DNA of 48,844 bases, the filler included, from Catajapyx aquilonaris (Eukaryota), in assembly GCA_000934665.2 (NCBI GenBank). It is 2 parts of 2 records of this genome, joined end to end, with 100 filler letters (N's around TTAATTAATTAA, not from the genome) between each part and the next. Parts side by side here need not be neighbours in the genome. Positions count along the whole stretch, not along the records: positions 24,479 to 48,844 come from JYFJ02005528.1; 1 more part is not named here. One strand, given 5' to 3'. This document shows positions 24,379 through 38,400 of the stretch, piece after piece. The notes beneath the pieces are model-generated. The model was not told the origin of the DNA. It did no database searches and saw only the letters and a program-made list of their open reading frames with translations. The position numbers and the translations under genes are program-made. Every line of letters starts with the position of its first letter. Position 1 is the stretch's first letter.

Positions 24379-24478
24379 NNNNNNNNNNNNNNNNNNNNNN
24401 NNNNNNNNNNNNNNNNNNNNNNTTAATTAATTAANNNNNNNNNNNNNNNNNNNNNNNNNNNNNNNNNNNNNNNNNNNN
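24379..24478. other. Artificial contig/scaffold linker (N44-TTAATTAATTAA-N44)
   Basis: Exactly 100 bp and symmetric; the 12-mer places stop codons in all six frames. Confidence 0.95.
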
Positions 24479-24546
24479 TAGCCATAATTATGTCAAAGGT
24501 TACTACCAAATCAATGACTTACACCTACATGGAAAAGTATTTCATA

Positions 24547-24575
24547 ACCCGAGCAACGCCGGGTATCCTGCTAGT
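24547..24575 (+). mobile_element. Helitron 3' terminus
   Basis: Hairpin ACCCGAGCAACGCCGGGT followed by ...GCTAG|T. Confidence 0.7.
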
Positions 24576-26929
24576 TCTTTATAAATGTGGAAATGAAAAC
24601 CGTTACAAATATGAAAAAAACCGTTAAACTGTTACAAATGTGGAACAAGCGTTTAGACTTTAAAGTGTACATAAACGTGACTAAAATGGTTTAAGGGCAG
24701 GTTTTACTGACATGAGCACAGTATATTCTAAATCCCAGTTTCTTTTCAAAAAATCCTCAGTTTTCATTGTTGACAACAATGGTTGCTATGGCAATTGTTG
24801 CTATAACAGAGGTTCTAAGTTATACTGACTGAGCTCGGTGAAACTTCAGGGTGTCTGGTATGGACTATGGAGTGAAGGGGGCAGAAGTCGCATAATCCCT
24901 TTTCTGAGGGGTTATGCAGTGGGTATACTGTATGTTATTATCAAAACCAGGCTATCTTGGTACAAATCCTTCAGAAAACAGTTCAGATTTCGTGAGTCTT
25001 TTCATGGACCAAGTGACCTTGCCCATTTCCCCGTGCGAAGAACAGGTCCACTGCCAGTATGGAAATTTAGGATTGAGTAACCAGTAATTAACACACTTTA
25101 GACACCATGAGATAACATGGTTTTGATAATACTGTGCAACAAAAATCAACGTTTCATTTGATGTTCATTGGATTTTTACCTCTTCCACTAACCGAAAAGA
25201 ATTCTCTAAAAAGGGCATCATTTTCAGCCTTTTTCAAAATATTGCAAATTCTTATTACCTCCCCACGGTATTGCGCAATATGGATGAAACTTGATATTCA
25301 CCTTTAAGGCATTGGCCTGTACAGGTGTGATATGTCTCAGTAAAATCCGAGGTGGTCTAACAACATTCGGAATGGCCCATATATTTTGAGTACCCCGAGG
25401 TCAAAAACAAATTTCAGACTAAATGACTGGTCATTATGAGTTATGAGTGACCTAACATGGAAATAAAGATAACTATCCACGGACAAAATATCGTGTTGCA
25501 TAGTGTAATTTGTAACTTACTCAAATATTTGGAACAAAATTCGAACAATTTCAACACCATTTCTTTTCAACACTGTCCTTGATATGGATCCGTGAATCCT
25601 TTTTCTTAGATCTATACGACAGCTTCTGTACAGCTTGGAATATCGACATTCCGTCGATTTGCCAATATCCAATCCTAAAGTGAAACAGGGTGGAAAGGAA
25701 ACGGACGTGAAAAAGAAACCCACTTTAAATCTCACATCCAATAAACACTAGGGCTAGTGTCATAAAAAAAAGAACAAGGCGTAGAAACAGGGTGTAAAAT
25801 TAATGTCCCTACTTTCACAGGGTGTTTCATATTGTGGTTCAAAAAGGTCTTACTTACGTTTCCACGTGGAAGGTTATACAGGCCATTAGCTTTATTGTTA
25901 TCCCTTGAAGTATATGCTCATGGTATGGGGAGAGGGGCGAAAAATTGGTCCAATTTGAGCACAGTTGTAACTTTTCCCCCCATTCCTAGGAGAAAGACTA
26001 ATGAGGAAGCATTTGACTTTCAATTACTCTGGATACAATAAGGATGAGTAAGAGCAAAGGGGGACTGAAGAAGGCTCCAGAGGGACGTGTGAAAAGGAAC
26101 GACACATCATTTCGTTGCCACATTATCGCTTACACGTGTCGCAGGCCTTCAGAAGTTGTCAAAAGTTAAGAAATATTGAAATGAGGTACCCATTTTCTAA
26201 ATTGAAATGTAGCTTCCGTTGAGCTGAAAAAAGAAGCTAATTAACACCTCAGGCTATTTTTCCTGTAAGCTTCAACTCGTAGCATCTCTGCAGAAAAAAA
26301 CTAGTGGATTTCACTCATCTTTTTATTAAGAATTTTTTTAGAAATTAAACATGCCCTAGTTATAAGGCTATGCAGTAATCCTTCCAAGATTTAACCCACA
26401 CAGCACAGTCTTAATATTTTTCTTACACTGGGAATATCAATCTGCAATTTTGCTGATTTTAGCAATATTTCGCATAGGAAGACTATGAGCACAAGAGCCC
26501 ATTTCCTTCGCCAGCTAGAAATTATTACGCAGGCAAAGCGCACGGAAGCCTATTACATGAAGATTACGTTCTGGGCTTACAATCGGATTTGGAGCACCGC
26601 AACTTAAAACAAAATGAAAGGCTTCCTCTCTGAAATCAGGTGAAATATGTGGGAAACTTGAATTTGGGGGTTTCGCAATCCTACACACTTCCCACCAACC
26701 TGATGGAATTACTTAACCATGCGTGAGGACAAGCGGAAGCGTATCGAAACTTCTATGAGAGTTGGCAAGAATTTCTTTTGCAAATATATGTCAAAATGGT
26801 TCAGGTTCAGGAGGTTAAAGTTCCTAGTTTTATACGAAAATTTCAGGTAAGAACCATCTGTGGCCAAATCGGTCAAAGACTATCCAGATTAGTGTTTTAG
26901 GAATTATCTTGCCACTAGAAACCGTTAGA

Positions 26930-27520
26930 CACGGCCGTTTGACTCAACCGTTATGATCGACCGTTGGTATGACAGTTGGAGCTTCCCACGTGACTCTCAG
27001 ATTATAATTCTTATGATTCTTCACTTTTTAAGTTAGTTTAGATATCCAACCGTTAGGATCAACCATTAGCCCTTCCCGGTATGACCGTTGGAGCTTCCCA
27101 CGTGACTCTCAGACTATATGTTTCATTATTCTTCACATCTTAAGTTAGGTTAAGTTTCAAACCATGCCCCAGTGTACCCAACCTGTCCACAAACCTTGAT
27201 ACCAAATATTAAATAAGTTTTAACCGTTGGATGTCTGTTAGCCCTTCCCTGTATGACCGTTAGAGCTTCCCACTAGACGCGTAGACCATACTTATCATGA
27301 TTCTTCACTTCTATGTACCAATGTACCAAACCTGTCCACAAACCTCCATACAAAATATTAAATTAGTTTCAACCGTTGGATGACTGTTAGTCCTTCCCTG
27401 TATGACCGTTAGTGCTTCCCACTTGACTTGCAGCACATACTTATCATGATTCTTCACTTCTGAAGTTAGTTTAGATACCAAACTATGTACCAATATACCA
27501 AACCTGTCCACAAACCATCA
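26930..27520. repeat. Complex tandem repeat (irregular units up to about 170 bp) with ACCGTT cores
   Basis: Recurrent TATGACCGTT(G/A)GAGCTTCCCAC, ATTCTTCAC and ACCTGTCCACAAACC blocks. Confidence 0.8.
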
Positions 27521-28510
27521 TACAATATTTTAAATAACATTCTTGTTACATTCATATTCTAAAACACAAGTGTAATGTAAAATTCGCGTATTTTGTATCC
27601 CAAAATGGCGTCTAACTCCAATTAATTCACACTAAAAAGGGTATAACTAACCCCGAAAATCCCTCTGCCTGAAACTTTTAGTTCCACACGAGTAATCGAA
27701 CTTTTCCTTCCAGCCTTTTGACGTGTCCCAGTTTGTGAAAACAGTATCAAAATGCGAGACGGCAAGTGGTCAGTAATTCCATGTGCAACTTTGGTACCAC
27801 CAACCAACCAACCCCTTCTCAAAAGTTTGAAAAACACCCCCCTCCCTCAGCCAACTTCATTTAGTTTTGCCTTAGAAACTCTATCTCCCGACCTGAACTT
27901 GGTCCTCACCAGCTGTCATGGAGGATTTGCAGCTGTTGCCATCCTACTAGAAACTAGAAAGAATCCTTAGAGTCGGCAATAAACAGAGCAGAGAAAATCG
28001 CTATTTTCTTCCTACTCCAAAAAAACGCCAAAAAATCTTCAAGTGGGTTGGACGGGGCCATAATCAGTCATGTCTGACTCAAATTTATGTTTCGGCATCG
28101 CTTTTCTTGCAAATATTTGCCGATTGTATGGGAAGGGAAGGTCTACAGTTTTTTCAAGGGATGAGACAGAAAGCGGGAGTAACAGGCGTGATATTGGCTT
28201 GAATTCTCTGGGATTGGAAAAGCTGATGGAAAAAGTGTCAATGAATAAGGGGAGGGGGGGGGGGGAAAAATCCAAAAATTTTGCGTCCAATCGATAGTGT
28301 CTGTCAGCAAAATAGCAGATATATTCCACACGCGTGAATTGAAGTGGCTACTCAATTTTAATTAACGGCTATTCACAGTGTTGAACACCAATCGTATCTG
28401 ACTTTTGTTTTAGCTGTTTAGGGAGCCCTGTGGCCAATAGGAGAGATTAAATTTCGGAATTGGCTTAAACGCTATTTTTGACCCAAATACGTCACGATGG
28501 GTCACGGTGG

Positions 28511-28770
28511 TTCTTTTGCTTGTAAGCTGCAAATTTCAGCTTCTTAAGATCCTTTTAAGTATAAATAATCACATGTAATACTAAATTCGTAAACATATTT
28601 GATAAAATTGATAATTAAATGTCAGACGGACTTCACGCCTAATATACGTAGATTAGGTCATGTCGGGCGATTCTCTTGCTTGTAATATGCAAATTTCACC
28701 TCCTTAAAATCGCTTTAAGTATAAAGAATCACACGTGATACTAAATTAGTACACATATTTGTAAAATTAA
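28511..28770. repeat. Tandem duplication with a 160-bp period
   Basis: 28511-28610 aligns with 28671-28770 (TTGCTTGTAA..TGCAAATTTCA...TTTAAGTATAAA.AATCACA..T.ATACTAAATT). Confidence 0.7.
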
Positions 28771-29414
28771 TCATATTTTCACATTAAATGTTGTCAGGCC
28801 TGTAGCGAATTGGGTCATCTCCCAATTTAACGAACTTACCTAAATGCTTAATCAAATTTTAAAATTTTACAATAATTTAAAAGTTGATTAGATAATTTTC
28901 AAACACATTTTGCCACAGTGTCAGCCAAAAGAGAAGCCAGATACGTTTAATTCACCATAAACAGAGTCGATGACAAACAAAATAAATAAACCGCTATACA
29001 ACACGGTTCTCAAGCACACACAATGTCATTACGCGGTTTTATGTCCACTAGAGCGCTAAATGCACACGAATAGTGATATTCAAAAAGCGCTACATAGCGC
29101 CAAGTATTTTTTAATATTATGTATCCACATCCAAAAAAGAAAACCTTAATTCCAGCACTGCCTCTTCGATAGTCTGAAACAAGTGACACACAACACTGTA
29201 CGAACACATGTCAGAGTTAGTTGTTTTATTTTTTCTCCTTTTCCTCTTTGAAGATTAGTTAGGAAAGAGACAAGGAAATGAAAAATAAATGTGACGTCTG
29301 CACTCCTCTGCAGGCACACGCACGTGACACGGCTTGAATGTCCATCAACATTGTTCGACCAAAAAGGGCGACAAAAATCGCTCACGACGTCACCACAAGT
29401 CCACACCCTGGGCG

Positions 29415-32400
29415 TCACCTTGTCACCAGGTCATCCCCGCACTGTCGGTGACCCAAGCTTGAAAGCAAGAGGACTCCTAGGAGCACCACCACAGGACAAG
29501 ACAACGTGATGCTTCCCACACTGCGGCTACCATGCTGCATAGCAGCTGGCTTCTCTCCTAGAATGAAAATGGCCACGGTCAACCGTCATAACGGTCATTT
29601 ACGGGAGTTACAGCAGTTACAGTAGTCACTGCCAGCCGTTCAACGGTCACTGCCAACAGTTACAACGGTCAGGACCAGCAGTTGCGAGCAGTTGCAACGG
29701 TCATATCCGACCGTTGCAACCGTCACTGCTAGACGTTACAACGGTCATTTACAGCCTTTACTACCCGAGTTGTCCGGGTAGTCCGGGTAGTCCGTGTATG
29801 CAAAAAAAATGTGAGTGAATAACCCCTTGGTTACAACCGTCACTGCCAACCGTTACAACGGTCATTTTCATCCGTTCAACGGTCACTTGTAACCGTGCAA
29901 CGGTCAGTACCAACCGTTATAACCGTCATTGGCAGCCGCTACAACCGTCACTGCCAACCGTTACAATGGTCACTGGCAGCAGTTACAACGACCATTTTCA
30001 GCCGTTACAACGGACACTACAGTATATACTTTTGGACTACGTACCGTTCAGGATGTGGACGTTGATACTAGCTGGTTTGGCGTTAGAGGGAACACAGGTG
30101 TAGTTCCCAGAGTCGGTTTTTTCGGCCTCATTGATGGTCAGGACGCTGGAGTAGCGATCGCTGTTCACCGTAACTCCTCTGGTCTTGTCGTAATTGATCA
30201 TCCTGTCATTGTGGTACCAGAACACGTACACGGGGGCCTCAGTGCTCTCTCGGAGGGCACAAAGAAGCCGGAGCGTGCTGCCGCTCTTCACGTGTTTGTC
30301 CGGCGCTCCCAATATGTCCGCTCTGGCCTCTGTCAAAGGAAGTCAAATATTTTGGGGTTGAATAGCCACATATTTGAGAGCAGCACTCTGTTGGTTCTGA
30401 TGGAGCCCAAGAAGCCCAATCGAACATTAACGAATGTATTTAGCTATCACTTTTTTGTGAAGTACGTGCGAAGAACGGGTATTCTGCTAGTAAACCTATA
30501 AATAATCTCAAATTATTAATTTCAAGATTAGTCTATATTTCCAGCACATTCCATCCCTTTTCGCTCCCAACCATAAAACCCACACCGGAATCGCCCATCT
30601 CCTCAGTGGCTCCATCTATTTATCGTATCAGCCCACAAAACAACCCGCTTGAAATCTAGGTCTCCTATTGCTCCAGGGGTCCTCCCAGTATACGGGGTTC
30701 AGCCTGCCTGCCCTTCATTGTATAGTTACACATAAAACGCCTGACGTGTTTTAGATGTCGAATTATGAGGTAGGGCGGTAACGCTTGAGCGAAGCGTCGT
30801 CGGAAATGATGGATGTGGTATAGTGTGGTGTAGGAGAGGGGAATAGAGGGAGGAAAGAGGCGCCAGAGGGAAACGTGGATGGGGAACAGAGCTCAGCTTC
30901 ACTTCTCTTTTTCTCTTCTCGCGCAAAGGATCTATTATCCGGAGCGCTGATGCTTTCTCGCGAGTGGCAGGACTCATCAGGGACCGAGATAGCTAGAGAA
31001 AGATGATTTTTTGGGGGGGGAGGTCTCCTAGAGGCTTAGAAGGGCCAAGCCATCCCCACATCTGTCTAAGAAGCGCCATCTATGGTGTGTGATGGAAGAT
31101 ATTGGGGCAAAAACGCAAAATGCGTGGTACCGCGAGCGCCTGAAGTGTACGGGACCGCGAGCACCTTAGAAGTTTGCGGTATCGCGAATACCTGAAAAGT
31201 TCGAGGCAAGGTTCGAGGTGTCGCGAACACCTCCCAAGTGGAGGTATCGCGAATACCTCAAAAGTGCATGGTACCGCGAGCACTGGAAGTGCGAGGTATC
31301 GCGAATACCTGAAAAGTGCGAGGTGTCGCGAACACCTCCCAAGTGGAGGAATCGCGAATGCCTCAAAAGTGCATGGTACCGCGAGCGCCTGATGTGCCTG
31401 GTACTATGCTAGACATATTAGCAGTCCCTAATTATTTATTTTTCGGCATTGGCGGGCGCTGGAGCTACCTTGCAACTTAGTAAACATTTAGGGACTGCGA
31501 ATATGTCCAGCACTGTACCGTGAACACCTTTGAAGTGGAGTTACCGCGAGCTCCTGAAGTTCCTGGTACCGCGAACAGCTCAAAAGTGCGAGAAATCGCG
31601 AATGGCTGAAGTGCCTGGTACTTTGGTATAAAATTTTTTAACTCCGTGATGCAACAATAAGTCGTTACAGAGGGGTGGCACACCGCCATCAGTTTACAAA
31701 CTTGTTTTTCTTCGATCACCGTGCAAGGACTTCAGGATGCTGGGTAGGGATAGGGATTGTTGGGGAGGTTAGGTTGCCAGACCCTCCCGACGCAGGTGAA
31801 AGGGAACTCCCAGGCGGAGATCGAACCTAGGACCTTTCACTCAGCAAGCCGAGACGTTACCATCTCGGCCACCACACCTCCCCGTACTTTGGTATCGCGA
31901 ATACCTCAGAAGTTCAGGTATTGCGAATACCTCAAAAGTGCAAAACTTACCAACGACTCTCAGCTGGATGAAGATGCTGGTTGGCGGATGGGTTGACACT
32001 TGGCATTCGTACATACCCGCGTCTCGTGGTTGGACGTACCGGATTTGTAGAGCCCAGTTCTGAAAATAAAGAAGTAAAAAATGTGCTGGTATTGTCCCTG
32101 TGTGGGTACTGCGGTTTAACGAATGCGCGACATATTGGAGTAAACGAGGAAAATATACTGCGGTACTAGAGTGATATACGGAGCGATTTTAGGTCCCGGG
32201 GACTATCTGCTGCACTACGCCACAAAATGAACTTCCTCTCTTCGTCATCCTCGAACATTTGCAACGACAAGCCTTTCCCCCATTTTAGGAAGGGGATATG
32301 GCGTAAAGCGACAAAATTTTGCATAGAAAATTTTTGTGATGAAGCCAAATATGTGTTAGGATTTTTTTCGCACGTGATGTATACTGTACAGTGTGATATA

Positions 32401-35400
32401 CTACAATGAGCAAACATGTTCTTCAGATAAAACAAATGTTTAATGAAACGCTCAGTACAGTTTGTATGCAGTGCCTCAGGGATAATAGCGAACAGTTATT
32501 AAACTCAGTTTTAGACACTGTGCTGCACAATGATCTAAACAGATTTACGGCAGGTTCACTTGCTGACTCATTCAATCACAAAAAAATCCAGGTCATACAT
32601 ACAGTATATAACGTCTGACGCATGCAACGTACCTGTGTGTGTCTGGTATGGGTCACAAAAAATCTGTCATCTCCACTGTAGGTTCCTAGTCCTACTGTGA
32701 GCAAGTGGTAGTTCTGATGCCTGATCCAAGACACCTGTAAGAAGAATTAACGCGGGATCAACTCAGCTGGATCTGACGTTTATTTCGGAGCAAAGGAGGC
32801 AAACTTGATGATAGGTTTGTGACGTGAGGGAAGGCAAACTCATCGCCAGTGGCACGGGATGTTTCAGATCCTTGCGAATCGTACCACCTGCCGATTTCCA
32901 TCGTGCATTTTTCATTGGTTGAAAAAGGAAAGAGTGGAAATAGATTTTTGTCGGACCTTAGAAATATAACCCGTCGTAGGTCAAAAGAATTGTTTTCCTA
33001 GGCAGGAAACGTATTGTATATTTCAACCGTTACAACGGTTACTTCCAACCGTTCAACGGTCACTAGCAGCACTTGCAACGGTAATTTTCAGCCATTACAA
33101 CGCACCGTCACTCCAAACCGTTACAACGATCACTTTCAGCAGTCCAACGGTCATTTTCAGCCGTTACAATGTACACTATCTACTCTTGAATTGCGTAGGT
33201 TACTGGGGGGCATGGTGGTCTAGTGGTCAAATCGGTTCAAATCCCGTCCCCATCACCTTCGCTTTGTCGGACCTTTCCCCCCTTTTCACCCGATATGTCC
33301 AGGCAGACTTTCACTCCCTTCTCTGCCTAGGGCCAGGAGAAAAAGTCAGGTATTTTAGAGGGTCTGAAATGAGAAAAAGCGCCCTCCTTTGGGAACCTCG
33401 CATCTGGCCGCGGAGAATATAAACAAACAACGTAGGTTACCATTCAGAATGTATTGATACAAAATGTCCGTCTGTGTGCTACATAAGTTGCCTAATATAA
33501 TTCAAACCCATCAAACTTCCATTTTGCCATCGAGCTTCTCCTAACAAAGCCTTCACAATTCCGGAAACACCCATCCCTGCCTGCTGCCGCATTGTTCTTC
33601 CCCCTTTTGATGCCAATCCACTATTTGATATGAATCCTCACGGCCGTGAATTTATTCCTGATATCTCATCCTCTGCACGGCCACATCCGGAGCCCCCAGT
33701 CCCCGGTTCGTGCCCATATCCCAACCTGCTCTGGAAAATCGCACTCGTCGTGGCTTGGCCTATCAAAATGCGCCTGGGCTCCTCAACGCCACTTGCCGCT
33801 CCTTTTCTACCACCACCCACCCAACTCCTTGCCCGGATTTCCCTCCAGAGCAGACCACCGGACCCACAAAGGCATGTCAGAAGTTGGCCACCAAAAAGGT
33901 CTCATGTCCCAAGCCAGTCACCGCACTTTCCTCACAAACCATGTTGAGGGCCTAGACAGGCGCGTCAGTTATGGCGGACGTAACGGTAATTTCTAACGGT
34001 TGTTTTTGCAACGGCCAATTCTAACGGTCGTTTTTGCAACGGTCAACTTGCAACGATCAATTTACAACGGTCGTTTTTGCAACGGCCAATTCTAACGGTT
34101 GCTTTTGCAACGGTCATTTCTAACGGTGGCTTTTGCAACGGCTAATTGTAGCGGTCAATTTGCAACGATCAATTTGGACCGGTCAGTTTCTAACGGTCAA
34201 TTTCTAACTGTCGTTTTTGCAACGGTCAATTCTAACGGCTTTCTAACGGTTGTTTAGACGCATATGTAGGCACGAATTAATTCTGCAGACGTATTGATGC
34301 CTCTGCGGAATTTATGGCCCCTTTTTTGTACTTTTCAACCGCATTATTCCCTCACAATCCTTTTGAAACCCGCCACAACGCGCTCTTTATGCCGCGTTTT
34401 CTTTCGTTCCTGAAAACATGCTCCGAATATTCCAGTGTAACAACTGTCAGAAATGAAGTTCTATTCCTTGGATCTGAGAGATGGTGGGGTGAGTTCGCAT
34501 TCCTGAGATGAATACTAGAGATGCACATTCATGTGGAGGTTGACACGACATGAATGAAAGCAAAAGTAGCTCCATAGGCAAAGGTATGCACAAAATGGGG
34601 GTTGGAAAAGCATGGGGGAACCCAAATGTTGAAAAGGAAATCAGTGTACATTTTCTCCCTTTCTTCCTCTCCACCCACGCTTCTCTCCAGTATGCTGATG
34701 GATTGAGATTAAAGTGAGCCATAAATTATCCCAACTCTTAAAACCGGCGAGGATTGGCATCGATCTGATGTTCATTTGGTTGCCAGATCGATGCCAGGTT
34801 TGACTTGCAAAGAAGTCAGAGACCAGGCCCGCCGGGGCATCGATTTGGAGAAAAAAAATCTGTGCATATTAATAAAGCGACCGTTTGAAATGACCGTTAC
34901 ATCCGCCATAGGACGCGCCCAGCTAGGACCATTTTTGGACCATTAAGATCTAATATATTTCCAAATTTTTCATGGTTTTGTGTAATAGTAGTCCTAACGA
35001 TGTAGTGCTATTCCAAAAACCGGTTTTGACCGACTTGGACTTTACCGAGCATCGATTTAAAAATAAATATGTGCATATTAATAAAAGTGACCGTTACGTT
35101 CACCGGCGTTCACCATAACTGACTAGCCCGCCTAGAACCAATTTTGGACTATTCATATCAAATCACTGCACGGTAACATATATTTTAAAATATTTTGTGA
35201 TTTTTGTATAATAGTACATAATATGTAGACTATAGTACATAGAACTAGTAGGCTACATAATAGTGTATAGTACATACTGTAGAACTAGTACATAATAGTG
35301 TATAGTACATACTGTAGAGCTAGTACATAATAGTGTATAGTACATACTGTAGAACTAGTACAAAATCGTATACCTATAGTACATAGAACTAGTGCATAAT

Positions 35401-38400
35401 AGTGTATAGTACATACTGTAGAACTAGTACAAAATCGTATACCTATAGTACATAGAACTAGTGCATAATAGTGTATAGTACATAGAACTATAGTACATAG
35501 AACTATAGTACATAGAACTATAGTACATAGAACTATAGTACATAGAACTATAGTACATGGAACTATAGTACATGGAACTATAGTACATGGAACTATAGTA
35601 CATAGAACTATAGTACATAGAACTAGTACATAGAACTAGTACATAGAACTATAGTACATAGAACTAGTACATAGAACTAGTACATAGAAAGAGTACCTGA
35701 CACAGAACTATCCAAAATCCGAGTTTGACCGAATATTAATTTTACAAAATACTATATGCGTGACCTTTTCAGAGCATGCTATCAGGCCGTTAATAAATAT
35801 TATTATATTGTGCATATTAATAATAGTGACAGTTAGAAATGACCGTTACGTCCGCCATAACTGAAGCGGTCAAATTTGGACCATCCATATTACTGCAAAT
35901 ATTTTTATAATTTTTTAATAATTTTTGTACGTTTTTGTATAACATACCAGACATACTGATAGTTCAAAATCTGACTTTGACCGAATATGAGAATTTTTTA
36001 TACTCAGTGCATGACCTTTTCAGAGCATGCTATCAGGCGGTTAATAATGGAAACACTAACGGTACATGTCAAGTCAACGTCCAGCCCGAAATACAGGCCG
36101 CAACATTGATAACGTCGGTTCAGACTCGAAAATGCGCTGCGTAGCTTTGAAGGGCACATCGGTAAAAATGCAGATAAGCACTTATTGCATGGCACTAACA
36201 CTTAATTTCATCGATTTCGCCACTGGGTTTTAGACCATGTTTTTTTATTTAAAAAAACTCAGGCAGAGATTTATATCCATGTCAGTACGATTGGTACGAC
36301 ACGGTTGAATTAATGCAACTGTATTGTCATTTACTGCCGATGGGATTTGCATTATTTGCCGTTTCAATTAAATAGGCTTAATTTATTTCAAAATCACAAA
36401 CAAATCGAATTTAGTGCCAAATTAGAGCATGAAATAGGCCTGGGCAGATATAGTTTGTGTCAATCTCATTACATGCCAGTCATTTTATTTAAAACCTATC
36501 GCGGTCCTGAAAGCGTCAGCATAAAACCGGTGATGGTACAAACGCGATGAAAATATTAAGCCCAAAATATTTTTTTTGCTCATAACCTTATTTATTAAAC
36601 CTCCGGACGCGCTAATTACCGCGATTTAAACACTCGCCCGTAACCGATTAGGTCATATTTAATTTTAAAATTTGGTCATTATTACCCTCTATTTATGGCT
36701 TGCTATATTAGCACTGCAGCGCTAATATAGTTAGCAAATGTTTAATAAAAATTTTTACCACTTGGCCCTGTGTTTTTTTTTCCCGCCATGCTGAACAATC
36801 AAGGTTTAATTTGGTGGGCGAATCAGACCTACATTGTAGTAGCGAACCCTAGAGTACTGTTAGGAATGCCCTTCAATTTCAACCCAGCCAAGTTCCTCTC
36901 TCGAAAATAGGTTTTTCTGTAAGGTGCAAAGAGAGGGCGTCAGTTGCCTTCGTCAGTTGGCCACTCATCACCTCTCCACAGTACCAATCAAGGCCTCTCT
37001 TTTCTCGGCAGGCCAAATCGCAGCCTCCTCATTGTCCTTCCCTGGCCCCCCATCTCGGACCCCCCCATCCCATCCCGGCCCCCCTTTCCCAGCCCCCCTT
37101 CTCGCCCCACCCCTTCGCGGACCACCCTTCACAAAACGCCCCCTTTCATAGCCTCTTTTCGCCATGGCAACCCCATGAATGGCCCATGTGGTTAACTAGA
37201 GACGCCATCTTGGTTTGAGAGGGTAGGTGGCGCCACAGGGGGGAAGTGTGGATAAAAGTTTTAAAGCCAAAATGAGGTCAGAAAGTCTGGGCTTGAAACA
37301 AGTTTGAGAAGTTTTTGCCTCTGACAAAATGTGAAGCTTTTTCATCTGGATAAGTACAGGAGTGCAGGTCGTGTAAGCAGGGTTGCTCCAGGGGGTTTCA
37401 CTGGAATAGTTCATAGTTTTTTCTAGCGTAGGAGGTAGGACATGTATAGGTCAAATGGCATTAGGACGAGTTTTGATTAACTAGAATGTGTCGTTATTTA
37501 GGCTGGTTTTATACAGTGTGTTTAAACAACTACAAATTTTGATCTGCATTGTGCTAAGTTCACAATTTTTTTTTACAACTTTCTGTAAAGTAGAATCGGC
37601 CAAAATTTTGACCAGTGATAGTTCGTCTTATGGAGAAACTTACTGGCTAAAATGTTTGTCATAATGGCGGAATTACCTAGGAAGAAAATGTCGTTAGATG
37701 TCATTCAGTGCATTTTTGACGAAATTTCACTGCACTGTAACCTATTTCATGTACTGGTACTATGGGGCTCAAATTGCTTTGGCCACTTTATCCTGGTCTT
37801 GAAGCAACCCTTGACACAGGCTCCACGGTGAGCAAGTGTGTCTGTGTGAAGGGTTGCTTCAAGACCAGGATAAAGTGGCCAAAACAATTTGAGCCCCATA
37901 GTACCGATGAATGTACCGACTCGGAGGTGGTATTTTGTGATCAACATAAATACCTTCGGCCATACTGACTTGAAAACAGTAGCCTACATCACAATACAGG
38001 GTGTTTCAACTTTTTTGTCCGAACAGTTAGCGGAAATATTGAAATTTGAAAGCAGTGTATATATGCCACTTCACCCTATAAGATTCGCAGGGAATATTCC
38101 CCATCTCCGACAAACCGGTTGCAAAGTCACTGCTTACAAAGTAGTAGCTTATAGTGCAATATTTCCGATAACTGTTCGGACAAAAAAGTTGAAACACCTT
38201 GTATACTGACTTGAAAATAGTATCTCAGAACGTTCATGTACTGACTTATACGTCAAATACCACCTACAGTACTGACTTGTAGATGGTATTTGTTGATCAC
38301 AAAATACTGTACCACCTCCAAGTCGGTACATGAATATTATACATGGCATGGAATTACATCACGGCTTAATTCCCACAAAGGGGTATATATACAGCGGTTA

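Noticed and set aside
29929..30501. 190-aa plus-strand ORF
   Set aside because: Antisense to a dpr exon and overlapping a minisatellite.
35424..35618. (MYYSS)n ORF
   Set aside because: Translation of a 15-bp minisatellite.
33630..37195. Pro/Gly-rich ORFs at 33630-33996 and 36924-37195
   Set aside because: Compositional bias in C-rich intronic DNA; no recognisable domain or splice pattern.
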